Below, piece by piece: positions 1-9,655 of a DNA stretch of 32,000 nucleotides. A program made the position numbers and the translations under genes. The stretch covers positions 10,891-42,890 of the forward strand of contig DDNL01000049.1 in NCBI GenBank assembly GCA_002341165.1. The letters run 5' to 3'. The DNA is from Shewanellaceae bacterium UBA2521 (GTDB lineage: Bacteria > Pseudomonadota > Gammaproteobacteria > Enterobacterales > Shewanellaceae). The first letter of the stretch is position 1; every line of letters starts with the position of its first letter. A model generated the notes under the pieces. The model was not told the origin of the DNA. It ran no database searches and saw nothing but the letters and a program-made list of their open reading frames with translations.

Positions 1-1884
1 CCCTTCTCCTTCCTTGACTTGCATTGATTGGTGCAAGATATGTTCCAACTCAGGCGCTAAAGTGATAACCGGAATTTCATCTTCTCCATCACAGAGCTCT
101 TGGATAATAAGACGTTTCAAAGATATCCTGACTGCGGCAGTTAATAAATCAGGGTCTTTACTGCGAGGCGAGTACTCTACTAATGTTTGCGCAATGGTTC
201 TTAAATCTCTAATCGACACTTTTTCATCAAGCAGATTCTGCAAGACTTTAACGACTGTGCCCAAAGATAAGCTATCTGGGATAAGACCTTCGAGAAGTTT
301 AGGTGACTCTGCAGAAATCAAATCAAAAAGCTGCTGAGTTTCGTCATAACCTAAAAGCTGAGAGGCTTTATCGTCGAGAATATGATTTAAATGGGTAGCA
401 ATGACGGTTGCAGGGTCAACAACGGTATAGCCCAGAGACTGTGCATGCTCACGACGATCAGCACTGATCCAAACCGCCTCTAAACCAAATGCGGGGTCTT
501 TGGTTTGATAACCATCTAAACGGCCAAAAACTTGACCGGGATTGATGGCCAGAAATTCGTCGGGTTGAATATCTGCTTCACCGGCTGAAACACCTGAAAC
601 ATTAATACGATAACGTATAGGTGGTAAATCTAAATTATCTTTAATATGTACAGCTGGAATCAAAAAGCCTAACTCTTGCGATAACTTACGCCTTACACCT
701 TTAATTCTTGCAAGGAGCTCGCCTCCTCGTTCAGTATCGACTAAAGGAATCAAACGATACCCTATCTCTAAGCTGACAATATCAACTTGTTTGACATCAT
801 CCCAGCTCAAATCAGGAGGCGGTGCCTGTTCAGCTTCTTGGTGCGCTTGCTCTTCATCTACTTGCTGTTGCTGTTTGGCACTGTAAGTCATATAAAAAGC
901 AACCACGGATATCGCTAAACCAAAGAAGAAAAAGAGCCAAGGCATCCCTGGTACAAGTCCAATAATCAATAAAATACTTGAAGCAATCATCAGAGATTTA
1001 GGATCAGCAAACATCTGGTCAAAGACCATTTCACCCATATCACCTGTTTCATTTTGTCTGGTTACAATTAAAGCTGCTGAAACAGAGAGTAAAAGACCTG
1101 GAATTTGCGCCACAATCCCGTCACCAATAGTGAGCAGCACATAAAACTCACTGGCTTCTGACAAGTCGAGATCGTACTCTAAAGTACCAATCAACAAGCC
1201 ACCTATAATATTGATAAATAATATTAAAATACCAGCTACTGCATCGCCTCGCACAAATTTTGAGGCACCATCCATGGCTCCATAAAAGTCAGCTTCTTTA
1301 GTAATTTCTGCTCGCCTTGTTTTGGCTTCTTCTGCTTGAATCAGTCCCGCATTGAGATCAGCATCAATGGCCATTTGCTTACCTGGCATAGCATCTAACG
1401 TGAAACGCGCGTTCACTTCTGAAATACGGCCCGCACCTTTGGTGATCACAACAAAGTTGATGATGACCAGAATCATAAACACAATAAAGCCCACGGTATA
1501 GTTACCGCCAACAACCACTTCACCAAAAGCTTGAATCACTTTACCCGCTGCCGCGGTACCATTATGACCTTCAAGCAAGACAATACGAGTTGAGGCCACA
1601 TTCAATGCTAAACGCAATACAGTTGCAATAAGCAAAGCTGAGGGAAATGCACCAAAATCAAGAGGCCTTGGAATATAAATAGCCACCAAAAGAACAATCA
1701 AAGCTAAAGAGATATTGAAAGAAAATAAGAAATCCAGCACCATAGGCGGGAGCGGCAAAACCACCATAGCTAGAATAGCGATTAAGAGTAAAGGTGTACC
1801 CACACCTTTAAAGCTGATCCGCTTTAAATTCTCAGGCGTGAGCAGCGATGTTTTGTAATCAACAAGTTTTTGCTTAAGTTCCAT
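1..1884 (-). CDS. flhA: Flagellar type III export gate protein FlhA. The N-terminal ~628 codons are present and the C-terminus runs off the left window edge.
   Basis: Absent from the ORF track because it has no stop codon inside the window. Manual minus-strand translation from the ATG at 1884..1882 stays open to position 1. It gives MELKQKLVDYKTSLLTPENLKRISFKGVGTPLLLIAILAMVVLPLPP...RFTLDAMPGKQMAIDADLNAG...FYGAMDGASKFVRGDAVAG...GDGIVAQIPGLLLSVSAALIVTR, which are classic FlhA/FHIPEP motifs. It lies directly downstream of flhB. Confidence 0.93.
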   Translation of the reverse strand, partial: MELKQKLVDYKTSLLTPENLKRISFKGVGTPLLLIAILAMVVLPLPPMVLDFLFSFNISLALIVLLVAIYIPRPLDFGAFPSALLIATVLRLALNVASTRIVLLEGHNGTAAAGKVIQAFGEVVVGGNYTVGFIVFMILVIINFVVITKGAGRISEVNARFTLDAMPGKQMAIDADLNAGLIQAEEAKTRRAEITKEADFYGAMDGASKFVRGDAVAGILILFINIIGGLLIGTLEYDLDLSEASEFYVLLTIGDGIVAQIPGLLLSVSAALIVTRQNETGDMGEMVFDQMFADPKSLMIASSILLIIGLVPGMPWLFFFFGLAISVVAFYMTYSAKQQQQVDEEQAHQEAEQAPPPDLSWDDVKQVDIVSLEIGYRLIPLVDTERGGELLARIKGVRRKLSQELGFLIPAVHIKDNLDLPPIRYRINVSGVSAGEADIQPDEFLAINPGQVFGRLDGYQTKDPAFGLEAVWISADRREHAQSLGYTVVDPATVIATHLNHILDDKASQLLGYDETQQLFDLISAESPKLLEGLIPDSLSLGTVVKVLQNLLDEKVSIRDLRTIAQTLVEYSPRSKDPDLLTAAVRISLKRLIIQELCDGEDEIPVITLAPELEHILHQSMQVKEGEG

Positions 1885-1931
1885 GCGTGTGAGTCAAGTC
1901 CATGACGCTTTCTGACAATAATCTAGCGTCC

Positions 1932-1947
1932 TGCAAAATCCACACCA
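1932..1947 (-). promoter_or_regulatory. Sigma-54 (-24/-12) promoter candidate for flhA
   Basis: The minus strand reads TGGTGT-GGATT-TTGCA, with GG and GC separated by the canonical 10 nt. It lies 5 nt after the flhB stop and about 48 nt upstream of the flhA ATG. flhA is a sigma-54 class II gene in the Vibrio hierarchy. Confidence 0.5.
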
Positions 1948-1952
1948 AGCTC

Positions 1953-3107
1953 TTATAATTGCTCTTGGATATGATCAGGCAACTTAAAATCTTTTGGCAG
2001 TACAAAATCTTTAGGTAAGGCTGATGGCTTTTTACCTCGACCTGCTTTGTATTCATTAAGCTGATAAATATAAGCTAAGACTTGGGCTACAGCGACAAAC
2101 AAAGGCTCAGGTATTTCTTGCTTTACGTTTGTGGTATAGTAAATCGCACGCGCAAGTCGAGGAGAAACAATAATAGGTACATCGTTGTTTTTGGCAACTT
2201 CTCTGATTTTAAAAGCTATCTCGTCTACACCTTTAGCGATAACAAATGGAGACTTGGCTTTTTTCAAGTCATAACGTAATGCGACTGCATAATGTTCAGG
2301 ATTCACTATCACAGCATCGGCTTCAGGCACATCGTTCATCATCTGACGTTGTGCAATTTCTTGCTGTAAGCGCCGAATTCGACTCTTGATTTCAGGGTTG
2401 CCGTCGCTGTTCTTTCGCTCATCTTTGACTTCTTGCTTAGTCATCCTCTGATCTTTACTGTGCTTCCAAATTTGATAAGGCGCATCAATCGATACAATAA
2501 ATACCATGGATAAACACAAAATCATAAACATTGTGAGCAGCAACTCCAAAGCATGCTCTAGAGGCACTTCATAGCTTTCAAAGGGTAAAAATAGAATCTC
2601 ATCAAAATAAATATATAAAGTTAAAACCACCACACCAATAATGAGTACAACCTTAGCAATACTCTTCACCAACTCAACCAGAGCTTGTAAACCAAGCATA
2701 CGCTTAAAGCCACGTAGCGGACTTAACTTCTCCCACTTAACTTTCACGGCATAATAAGAAAAAGTAATACCACCAATGAGTACATTACCTAAAAAAGCAC
2801 AGAGAAAAAGAAAAGCAATGAAGCCAAGTATAGGCAAAGCGATTTGTTCTGCTATAGCCGAAAAAGCTTCTATCATCGCCATAGGATCCATTAACTTATT
2901 GGTATCGAGCGTCAAGAAGTCTTTCATCAGGATAAACATACGCTCACTCATCACACCGCCAAATAAATACATAGCGATAGCCGATGCAACCAATACACTT
3001 GCAGTACCTAGTTCTCTGGAGCGCGGTACTTGTCCACGCTCTCGCGCACGTTGTAGTTTTCGGGGAGTGGCTTCTTCGCTCTTCTCTTGTGAGGTATCTT
3101 CAGCCAT
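1953..3107 (-). CDS. flhB: Flagellar export switch protein FlhB
   Basis: The N-terminus MAEDTSQEKSEEATPRKLQRARERGQVPRSRELG is the conserved FlhB/YscU start, followed by 4 TM segments. The autocleavage loop reads VIVNPEHYAVALRY, NPEH instead of the usual NPTH. The C-terminal tail has a tandem LPKDFV/LPKDFK repeat. ATG start at 3107. Confidence 0.95.
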   Translation of the reverse strand: MAEDTSQEKSEEATPRKLQRARERGQVPRSRELGTASVLVASAIAMYLFGGVMSERMFILMKDFLTLDTNKLMDPMAMIEAFSAIAEQIALPILGFIAFLFLCAFLGNVLIGGITFSYYAVKVKWEKLSPLRGFKRMLGLQALVELVKSIAKVVLIIGVVVLTLYIYFDEILFLPFESYEVPLEHALELLLTMFMILCLSMVFIVSIDAPYQIWKHSKDQRMTKQEVKDERKNSDGNPEIKSRIRRLQQEIAQRQMMNDVPEADAVIVNPEHYAVALRYDLKKAKSPFVIAKGVDEIAFKIREVAKNNDVPIIVSPRLARAIYYTTNVKQEIPEPLFVAVAQVLAYIYQLNEYKAGRGKKPSALPKDFVLPKDFKLPDHIQEQL

Positions 3108-3117
3108 AGCTCACACA

Positions 3118-3897
3118 CTAACAGGATTGTAAAGTGAAGGCGCAGACCTTGTCTTCAAGAGTCGACCACAGATGAGGATAATAGTGATAGACATTAATGA
3201 CCGTTAGCCAAAGGATAAATATGCCGCAAAGCATAGTAATGGGAAAGCCAACAGAAAAGATATTGAGCTGAGGTGAAGCGCGAGTCATCACACCAAAAGA
3301 AAAGTTAATCAACATTAAAGCTACAATACCAGAGAGCGCCATTAAGAGCCCACTTTTGAAGATCGTACTGGTCCAGCGCGCAACAGATTCAAAATCAAGC
3401 GCAGCAAAAGTCTTCAATGCGATGGGCAGCGACTCAAAGCTATAAAATAAGATTTGAAACATAATCAGATGACCATCAAAAAGAAAAAAGAGCAATAAGC
3501 TGAAAATCTGATAATAATGAGCTACTACAGGCACTTGTTGTCCATTATTAGGATCCACCATCGCGGCAAAGCCTAAACTCGACTGCATACCAATAAGAAA
3601 GCCTGCAAAATTGAAAATTTGAATAAATACGTTTAACATAAACCCCATACTCATGCCTATGATGACTTGCTGTATCGTGACAAGAAAACCATTTAAAGAC
3701 AGCAAAGGTATAGCTTCAGGTTCAGGTAACATAGGTACCAAAGCTACGGTCATCGCAACCGCGGCCAGCAAACGCACTCTTTGTGGCACCCAGCGTGTTC
3801 CCACAACAGGCATCGCCATTAAGAAACCACCGATACGTGTAAATACCCATACATGACTGGTCATAGTGCGAAAGAGGGTGTCCATTAAAAAATCCAT
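3118..3897 (-). CDS. fliR: Flagellar export apparatus protein FliR
   Basis: A 259-aa polytopic membrane protein in the fliPQR-flhB position. The hydrophobic pattern and FTRIGGFLMAMPV motif are typical of FliR. Confidence 0.9.
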   Translation of the reverse strand: MDFLMDTLFRTMTSHVWVFTRIGGFLMAMPVVGTRWVPQRVRLLAAVAMTVALVPMLPEPEAIPLLSLNGFLVTIQQVIIGMSMGFMLNVFIQIFNFAGFLIGMQSSLGFAAMVDPNNGQQVPVVAHYYQIFSLLLFFLFDGHLIMFQILFYSFESLPIALKTFAALDFESVARWTSTIFKSGLLMALSGIVALMLINFSFGVMTRASPQLNIFSVGFPITMLCGIFILWLTVINVYHYYPHLWSTLEDKVCAFTLQSC

Positions 3898-3901
3898 CTT
3901 G

Positions 3902-4171
3902 TTACCCTAAAATCACAGGAATGCGTGCCACCAGCTCAAGCGTAAAATCCATTAATTGCCTAATCAGCCAATGTCCGAGTAATCCCATAGTCAATAGAGT
4001 GACTAAAAGACGGGGTAAAAAGCTCAAGGTTTGTTCGTTAATGGACGTTGCGGCCTGAAAAATCGCGACCAGTAACCCCACACCAAGACCTGGAAGCAAA
4101 ATAGCACTGACAATCACAAGAACCGTGTACAATCCTTCTTGAAATACATGAACAAAGTACTCAGGTTGCAT
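3902..4171 (-). CDS. fliQ: Flagellar export apparatus protein FliQ
   Basis: An 89-aa two-TM protein with LLPGLGVGLLVAIFQAATSINEQTLSFLPRL, the conserved FliQ/YscS core. Confidence 0.93.
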   Translation of the reverse strand: MQPEYFVHVFQEGLYTVLVIVSAILLPGLGVGLLVAIFQAATSINEQTLSFLPRLLVTLLTMGLLGHWLIRQLMDFTLELVARIPVILG

Positions 4172-4188
4172 AGCCTACTCCTTTCTAT

Positions 4189-4935
4189 TTAGAGGCCGAA
4201 GCTTTTAGCCAGTGTGCCGATTACCAAATTCCAACCATCGACCAAAACAAACAACATGATTTTAAAAGGTAACGATACAATCATAGGTGAGAGCATCATC
4301 ATACCCATAGCCATGAGAATACTCGCTACCACTAAATCTAAAACTAAAAAAGGTAAAAACAGCATAAAACCTATTTGAAAAGCTGTTTTGAGTTCACTGG
4401 TAATAAAAGCTGGAATGAGTATGGTCATAGGTGTTTGTGCTGGTGTTTCAATGTGAGTATAACCTGCTAAATTAGCGAAAGTATTGATGTCTTTAAGTCG
4501 TGTCTGGTGCAACATAAATTTAGAAAATGGTTTTTTTGCTTCATCAAATGCTTCCATCACATTGTATTGATTATCAATGTAAGGTTTGGCTGCCTTGTTG
4601 TAGACTTCCTCTAGGACAGGTGACATGATGAAAAAAGATAGAAACAGGCTCAGCCCAATCATAATCTGATTCGAAGGCGTTTGTTGTAATCCAATTGCTT
4701 GACGCAAAATAGCCAAAACAACAATAATCCGTGTAAAAGACGTCAACATTATGACCATCGCAGGAATAAAGCTCAGCGCCGTCATTAAAATGAGGATTTC
4801 TAAAGTCACTGAATATTCGTTTTGACCATCAACACTCTGCGTTACCGTCAAAGCTTTTACACCTTGGTCAGCTAAAACAGAAGGCGTCCACAGACTCAGT
4901 TGTACGCACAAAAAGATCATCCATTTGTTGATCAT
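4189..4935 (-). CDS. fliP: Flagellar export apparatus protein FliP
   Basis: Contains [40 protein letters not shown] and the FliP family core. I place the start at the ATG at 4935 ([22 protein letters not shown], a signal-peptide-like N-terminus). That start forms an ATGA overlap with the fliO stop. The track's longer ORF to 4983 would overlap fliO by 52 nt. Confidence 0.92.
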   Translation of the reverse strand: MINKWMIFLCVQLSLWTPSVLADQGVKALTVTQSVDGQNEYSVTLEILILMTALSFIPAMVIMLTSFTRIIVVLAILRQAIGLQQTPSNQIMIGLSLFLSFFIMSPVLEEVYNKAAKPYIDNQYNVMEAFDEAKKPFSKFMLHQTRLKDINTFANLAGYTHIETPAQTPMTILIPAFITSELKTAFQIGFMLFLPFLVLDLVVASILMAMGMMMLSPMIVSLPFKIMLFVLVDGWNLVIGTLAKSFGL

Positions 4936-5321
4936 GATTGTTGCACCTGTTTTAGTCGAGATGAAAAATGAGGGGATGCGCATGTTACAGGCTGATCTAA
5001 CTTATCAATTAAGCTCACATGCTGCTGTGTTACGCCCAGTAAATACTGCTGACCTTCAAGCTCCACCAGCATCATTTTGCTTGAATGGCTCAGTGGCGTC
5101 ACCGCTAAGGTCTTGATAGGCCCTTGCATCACAAGGTTCAGTTTAAATCGCTTGATAACCCAAGCAACTAAGAAAATCATCGCAATGACAAAAGCAAGCC
5201 CTAAAGTAATCTGCATGACCTGCACACCCAAATGTGCTTCATCTAAAGGGGATGTGGATTGTGCTTGAGCTTGACATGATATCCCTAAAATGAGCCAGAT
5301 CATCCTTGTATGCATAGCCAC
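4932..5321 (-). CDS. fliO: Flagellar biosynthesis protein FliO
   Basis: A small single-TM protein ([23 protein letters not shown]) between fliN and fliP. The call is mainly positional. The GTG at 5321 gives the longest ORF, but the ATG at 5315 behind a GAAGG Shine-Dalgarno is the more likely start. Confidence 0.75.
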   Translation of the reverse strand: MAMHTRMIWLILGISCQAQAQSTSPLDEAHLGVQVMQITLGLAFVIAMIFLVAWVIKRFKLNLVMQGPIKTLAVTPLSHSSKMMLVELEGQQYLLGVTQQHVSLIDKLDQPVTCASPHFSSRLKQVQQS

Positions 5322-5330
5322 CTTCTTGTG

Positions 5331-5723
5331 TTATTTTAATTTTTTAATACGATCGGTTAAACTGATCACATCTGTTAGACGAATACCAAACTTATCATTG
5401 ACGACCACTACTTCACCATGTGCAAGGAGCATTCCATTTACCATCACATCTAAAGGCTCGCCTGCAATCCGTTCTAACTCCACCACAGACCCTTGGTTTA
5501 ACTGAAGTAAGTTACGAATAGTGATTTCGCAATGCCCCACTTCCATCGAAATCGTCACAGGAATGTCCATAACAGTTTCTAATGTAGCCATTTGCTCGTC
5601 AGATAAATCTTCGACTTTCAGTTCATCAAGAGGAACGGATATCGCACCTTCCTCTTCTTCCTCTTCTATGGCTTGATTAAGGTTTTTCGGTTTAAGAGGT
5701 TTGAAGTGGTTTTCGTCATTCAT
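5331..5723 (-). CDS. fliN: Flagellar motor switch protein FliN
   Basis: The C-terminal SpoA/FliN domain reads MDIPVTISMEVGHCEITIRNLLQLNQGSVVELERIAGEPLDVMVNGMLLAHGEVVVVNDKFGIRLTDV. The N-terminal region has an E6 run. Confidence 0.95.
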   Translation of the reverse strand: MNDENHFKPLKPKNLNQAIEEEEEEGAISVPLDELKVEDLSDEQMATLETVMDIPVTISMEVGHCEITIRNLLQLNQGSVVELERIAGEPLDVMVNGMLLAHGEVVVVNDKFGIRLTDVISLTDRIKKLK

Positions 5724-5738
5724 AGTGTTGACCTCTAC

Positions 5739-6800
5739 TTATTCATCATCATCATCATCGTCATCATCATCAGGTTCTAATTGCTTACGCTCATTTTGCT
5801 CTCGCAACTTATCTTGCTTCTCTTTTTGCTTTTGTTGTAATTCACTGTTTACAAAGACAGGACGTTCAATCATATTGTCAATTTTCACCGCAACTCGATC
5901 GCGAGATGAACCCACTTTAGCGTGATAAGTTGGTAATCCTTCTATAGAGATCAAAGCATGTTCAGGCATATCTACAGGAATCACATCTCCAGGCCTTAGA
6001 TGCATGATCTCTCGTAAACTTAATTCTGTATCTAAAAGATGTACATCAAAACCCACTTCTACATCCATTACCTCTTCATTGAGTGCTGTCGACCATCGAT
6101 GATCCGACTCTCCCGAATCACTTTGTATGCCCGCATCCAATAATTCACGAATAGGCTCAACCATAGCATAGGGTAAAGCAATGTGAAAATCGCCTCCGCC
6201 TCCCTCTGCTTCAATATGAAATGAGCTCACCACAATCACTTCGGTTGGCCCTACAATGTTAGCCATAGAAGGGTTCACTTCTGAATCTAAGTATTCCATT
6301 TCAATATCTAACACAGTTCCCCAAGCACCTTCATAATCTTCAAAGATCATTTGAATGACCATTTGAACAAGTCGGCGCTCTGTAGGCGTAAACTCTCGTC
6401 CTTCAATTTTAGCGTGGAAGCGACCATCACCACCAAAAAAGTTATCGACCAAGATAAAGACCAACTTCGCTTCAAGTGTCACAAGACCAATCCCTTTTAA
6501 GGGACGAAAGCGAATCATATTCAAACTTGTCGGTACAAATAAACTATGGGTGTACTCACTAAACTTAATCATTTGCACACCATTGACCGATACATCTGTC
6601 GTGCGGCGCATCATATTAAAAATACTGATACGCATATGGCGTGCAAAACGCTCATTGACCATCTCCAACGTCGGCATACGTCCCCGAACAATGCGATCTT
6701 GCATCGCAAAGTTGAAGACGGATTCCTGATTATCATCCTCTCCATCATCGGAATCTGGACGCATGAGCGCGTCAATTTCGTCCTGTGATAATAAATCCAT
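5739..6800 (-). CDS. fliM: Flagellar motor switch protein FliM, with an unusual K/Q/E-rich and poly-Asp C-terminal tail
   Basis: The N-terminal CheY-P binding motif MDLLSQDEIDALM is present, as are the FliM middle domain and a C-terminal FliN-like domain. The protein ends ...KQLEPDDDDDDDDDE. Confidence 0.95.
   Translation of the reverse strand: MDLLSQDEIDALMRPDSDDGEDDNQESVFNFAMQDRIVRGRMPTLEMVNERFARHMRISIFNMMRRTTDVSVNGVQMIKFSEYTHSLFVPTSLNMIRFRPLKGIGLVTLEAKLVFILVDNFFGGDGRFHAKIEGREFTPTERRLVQMVIQMIFEDYEGAWGTVLDIEMEYLDSEVNPSMANIVGPTEVIVVSSFHIEAEGGGGDFHIALPYAMVEPIRELLDAGIQSDSGESDHRWSTALNEEVMDVEVGFDVHLLDTELSLREIMHLRPGDVIPVDMPEHALISIEGLPTYHAKVGSSRDRVAVKIDNMIERPVFVNSELQQKQKEKQDKLREQNERKQLEPDDDDDDDDDE
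5745..5771 (-). repeat. In-frame trinucleotide microsatellite (GAT)5-GAC-(GAT)3 encoding Asp9 at the FliM C-terminus
   Basis: The plus strand reads atc atc atc atc atc gtc atc atc atc immediately before the fliM stop region (ttattc...). Confidence 0.9.
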
Positions 6801-6817
6801 ACGTTAAAATGACCTTT

Positions 6818-7276
6818 TTACTGAATAACAAAACCTGTAAAGAGCACCTGGGTAATCACTTTATCACCCATCACTTTCTTCATCACACTTTGCGTCGCGC
6901 GCAATGAGTTCGAATTCAACTCCTGGCGACCTGCCTGCGTCAATAAGTCTTTATATTCTGCTGAAGAAAACTCATTAAGCAGAGCATTCTCAAGCAAAGG
7001 AATATTGTTCAATGCGATTCTCTCGCTCTCTGCACCTCTGACCACAAGCTGAACACTGATTTGCACTGTTCTCACACGATCGCCATCGTTTAAATTGAAA
7101 ATGAAGGCTTTAGGCATAGGTACATAAAAGGCATTCCCCACATCAACTTTAGGAGCCTCTTCTTCTTCAACCACTTCTTCTTGAATAAAGTAGCCTTGAG
7201 AATCCAAAATAAAAAACACGGCCACAACAAGTAAAAGTAAGCCGGCCACACCACCTATCACTATTTTCATATTCAT
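6818..7276 (-). CDS. fliL: Flagellar basal-body-associated protein FliL
   Basis: 152 aa with an N-terminal TM helix, then FYVPMPKAFIFNLNDGDRVRTVQISVQLVV and a C-terminal VLFTGFVIQ, all typical of FliL. It lies between fliK and fliM. Confidence 0.88.
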   Translation of the reverse strand: MNMKIVIGGVAGLLLLVVAVFFILDSQGYFIQEEVVEEEEAPKVDVGNAFYVPMPKAFIFNLNDGDRVRTVQISVQLVVRGAESERIALNNIPLLENALLNEFSSAEYKDLLTQAGRQELNSNSLRATQSVMKKVMGDKVITQVLFTGFVIQ

Positions 7277-7300
7277 ATAATTGATTCTCTTCTCTTTAAG

Positions 7301-9655
7301 TTATGCATAATAATCAACAAGTCTACGCTCATGATAGGCTCGTAGCTGTCCCATTTGCTCCATCTCTTCAGATTCTTGTCCCGCATAATGTCCGTATCTT
7401 TTAGAAGGTTGGCGTTGTTGTTGATCTTGCTGTTGTTGACTCACTTGACCATCAGTTAAAGAAAAACCTTGCTGATGTAATAAGTCTCTTAGTCTAGCCA
7501 AAGACTGCTCCAATAAGTCTCGAGTCTGAACTTGATTCACTTGAAACTGTACTTGCGTTTGCTCACCTTGCATTTGAATACGAATATGAATCAAGCCTAA
7601 TTCAGGCGGATCAAGTTGTAAGTCTGCCGAAGTCACACCTCTGTCTGTCATCATCATAATCTGATGACGCATCATAGGTGCAAACTTATCATGCAATGCT
7701 TGCATCATATCCGAACGAGAAGCTAATTGAGTATGAGGTGACTGTTGTGCTTGAGCATGCCCTTGCATACGTAACTTCATCATATAGTGTGCTGTTTTCT
7801 CTTGGCTATACACACTCGACTGAACCGGCGTGCTTGACTCAGCTTGTACACGTTCTGCCACGATATGCTCTGAAGTCTGTAACTTGTCATAGTTCTGATC
7901 TAACTGCTTGTATTGAGCAAGCAGCTTCGCAGGTATGTTTGATTTTAATTGATTTAAAGTGACCTGCTTGTCTTGTTGTAAGATCTGCTGAGTTTCTTCT
8001 TTCTTGAGTACAGATTGCATTAAATCTATCTCAGAATCTGAATCCATGATTTGAGGCATCTCAGTAGATCGTGTTATATCAAACTGTTGCTGAAATAAAT
8101 CTATATTCTTTTTACTCTGTGGCTTGGCCTGTAAATCAAGTGTGTAAACCGCTTCTGTATTAGATTTTTTCTGACTAGCCAACTCAAGATGTTCAGCTTC
8201 CAATGATAACTCGATATGCACATCATCGAGTAAAGGCATGACCATCTGCTGTGTCGTCTCACTTTGTATGACTTTCTCTTCAGTCGTTACAGCCTCTTGA
8301 TCTATGATCTCTTCAGATGATTTAGCTTCATACTGGCGCGTTAAATTTACTTGTTCTGGAACCTGCTGTATTTGTCCTTTTACATCGAGATCCACAGCAT
8401 CATCTTTAATCGATGCTGAAACACCTTTCACTTGTTCTGTGCGCACGACCTCTGAGTCAAGCAACGTAGAAGTTAATTCTTGCTCTACGTGCTCTTGCTG
8501 ATTGTGTGCAATAGGTGCGCTTGAATCTGAGCTCTTTTTCTGCTCAGGCTCCACGTCTTGCTCAGCATGCAACTTAGGACTCAATTCAAGATGCTGTTTG
8601 ACTAAAGTCTCCTCTTCTTGCTCGACTTTTGTTTTATTTTCAAGTTCTTGTTGTAAGGCAGAAGTCAGAAGGTCTTCAACAGGCATATCTGTAGGTTGAA
8701 GCTCAAAAGCTTCAGATTCAGCATGTTCTTGCACTATGGCCAGATCGGGTGAACGCTCTGCTTGGACGAGTAAGAGATCTTCTGTTTGCATCGCTGGCTG
8801 AGGTAGTTCAATTTCAACAGCTTGTTGTTCTAATAGATGTTGTGCTAGATTTAAATCCTTTGATACGTCATCATCCATCGTGGTCGTAGTAAGCTGCAAT
8901 ACACTGTCTCGGTGTTCAGAAATTATCTCCGATGACATAGACGTTCTGAGTAAAGCATCGAGTAAATTTTCATCTACATTTTGCTGACCTTGATCAGCAA
9001 TATTCTGTGCTGCTAAAGCCTCATCTTCTAAAGTGTCTACTTCCTCAACGACTCTATCTTGATCTGATACAGTTATCTGCTCTTGATCCATCTCTTCTCT
9101 TACCTCTTGTTCTGAAGAGGTACGATGTTGCTTGTGAGCAAGCGATGGCGCAGCTTGGTAGTCCTGCTTAGAAGAGAGCCTGTCTTGATCGCGCTTATCT
9201 TGCACAACCGATGTATCATCAGACGCTTTCGAGGTCTTGACTGTACTCTTTTGATCAGTAATAGATTCATCTTTATTTTTAGAGGTACGCTCGATAGGTT
9301 TCGGGCTCTGATCATCTTTAGACCTACGCGCAGCCTGTTCTACAGGTTGCTCAAATGCGGCTTTTTTCTCTATATCAACTTGATGAGATTCGTTTCTCGT
9401 TTGTTGTCGATTCTGCAGAGCCGATGAAGGAGGTTCAGGTACTTGAGGTACATCAGGTTTTTTTGATAGTTGAGCTGACGGCGCAGAAGACTTGTTCTGC
9501 TCCTGTAATAGCGTTTTATGTTGTGCAGCTAAAACAGTCAAAAAATCACCCTGATTTTCAGAAGACACAGTTGCGCCACTCCATTTCGAAACCTTATGGT
9601 GTGAACTCAAAGCAGACGATAATGAATCGCCTAATGTTGGTTTTATGGACTGCAT
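7301..9655 (-). CDS. fliK: Flagellar hook-length control protein FliK (784 aa, long acidic/Gln-rich ruler region)
   Basis: The C-terminal Flg_hook domain reads DLQLDPPELGLIHIRIQMQGEQTQVQFQVNQVQTRDLLEQSLARLRDLLHQQGFSL. The gene sits between fliJ and fliL, and the rest of the protein is low-complexity E/Q/S/D-rich. Confidence 0.88.
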   Translation of the reverse strand: MQSIKPTLGDSLSSALSSHHKVSKWSGATVSSENQGDFLTVLAAQHKTLLQEQNKSSAPSAQLSKKPDVPQVPEPPSSALQNRQQTRNESHQVDIEKKAAFEQPVEQAARRSKDDQSPKPIERTSKNKDESITDQKSTVKTSKASDDTSVVQDKRDQDRLSSKQDYQAAPSLAHKQHRTSSEQEVREEMDQEQITVSDQDRVVEEVDTLEDEALAAQNIADQGQQNVDENLLDALLRTSMSSEIISEHRDSVLQLTTTTMDDDVSKDLNLAQHLLEQQAVEIELPQPAMQTEDLLLVQAERSPDLAIVQEHAESEAFELQPTDMPVEDLLTSALQQELENKTKVEQEEETLVKQHLELSPKLHAEQDVEPEQKKSSDSSAPIAHNQQEHVEQELTSTLLDSEVVRTEQVKGVSASIKDDAVDLDVKGQIQQVPEQVNLTRQYEAKSSEEIIDQEAVTTEEKVIQSETTQQMVMPLLDDVHIELSLEAEHLELASQKKSNTEAVYTLDLQAKPQSKKNIDLFQQQFDITRSTEMPQIMDSDSEIDLMQSVLKKEETQQILQQDKQVTLNQLKSNIPAKLLAQYKQLDQNYDKLQTSEHIVAERVQAESSTPVQSSVYSQEKTAHYMMKLRMQGHAQAQQSPHTQLASRSDMMQALHDKFAPMMRHQIMMMTDRGVTSADLQLDPPELGLIHIRIQMQGEQTQVQFQVNQVQTRDLLEQSLARLRDLLHQQGFSLTDGQVSQQQQDQQQRQPSKRYGHYAGQESEEMEQMGQLRAYHERRLVDYYA

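Noticed and set aside
14-337. Plus-strand 107-aa ORF at the left edge, the only ORF the track reports for 1-1873
   Set aside because: It lies antisense to an uninterrupted minus-strand reading frame that encodes an unmistakable FlhA. It starts at TTG, has no SD and shows no recognisable motif, so it is a shadow ORF.
2776-3132. Plus-strand 118-aa ORF, with similar antisense ORFs at 11614-11934, 18081-18434 and 20325-20636
   Set aside because: Each is fully contained antisense within a well-supported conserved gene (flhB, fliH, flrB, flrA). They have no independent support.
4936-4983. Longer FliP N-terminus ([16 protein letters not shown]...) from the track ORF
   Set aside because: It would overlap fliO by 52 nt. 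The internal ATG at 4935 gives an ATGA stop/start overlap and a proper signal-peptide-like N-terminus.
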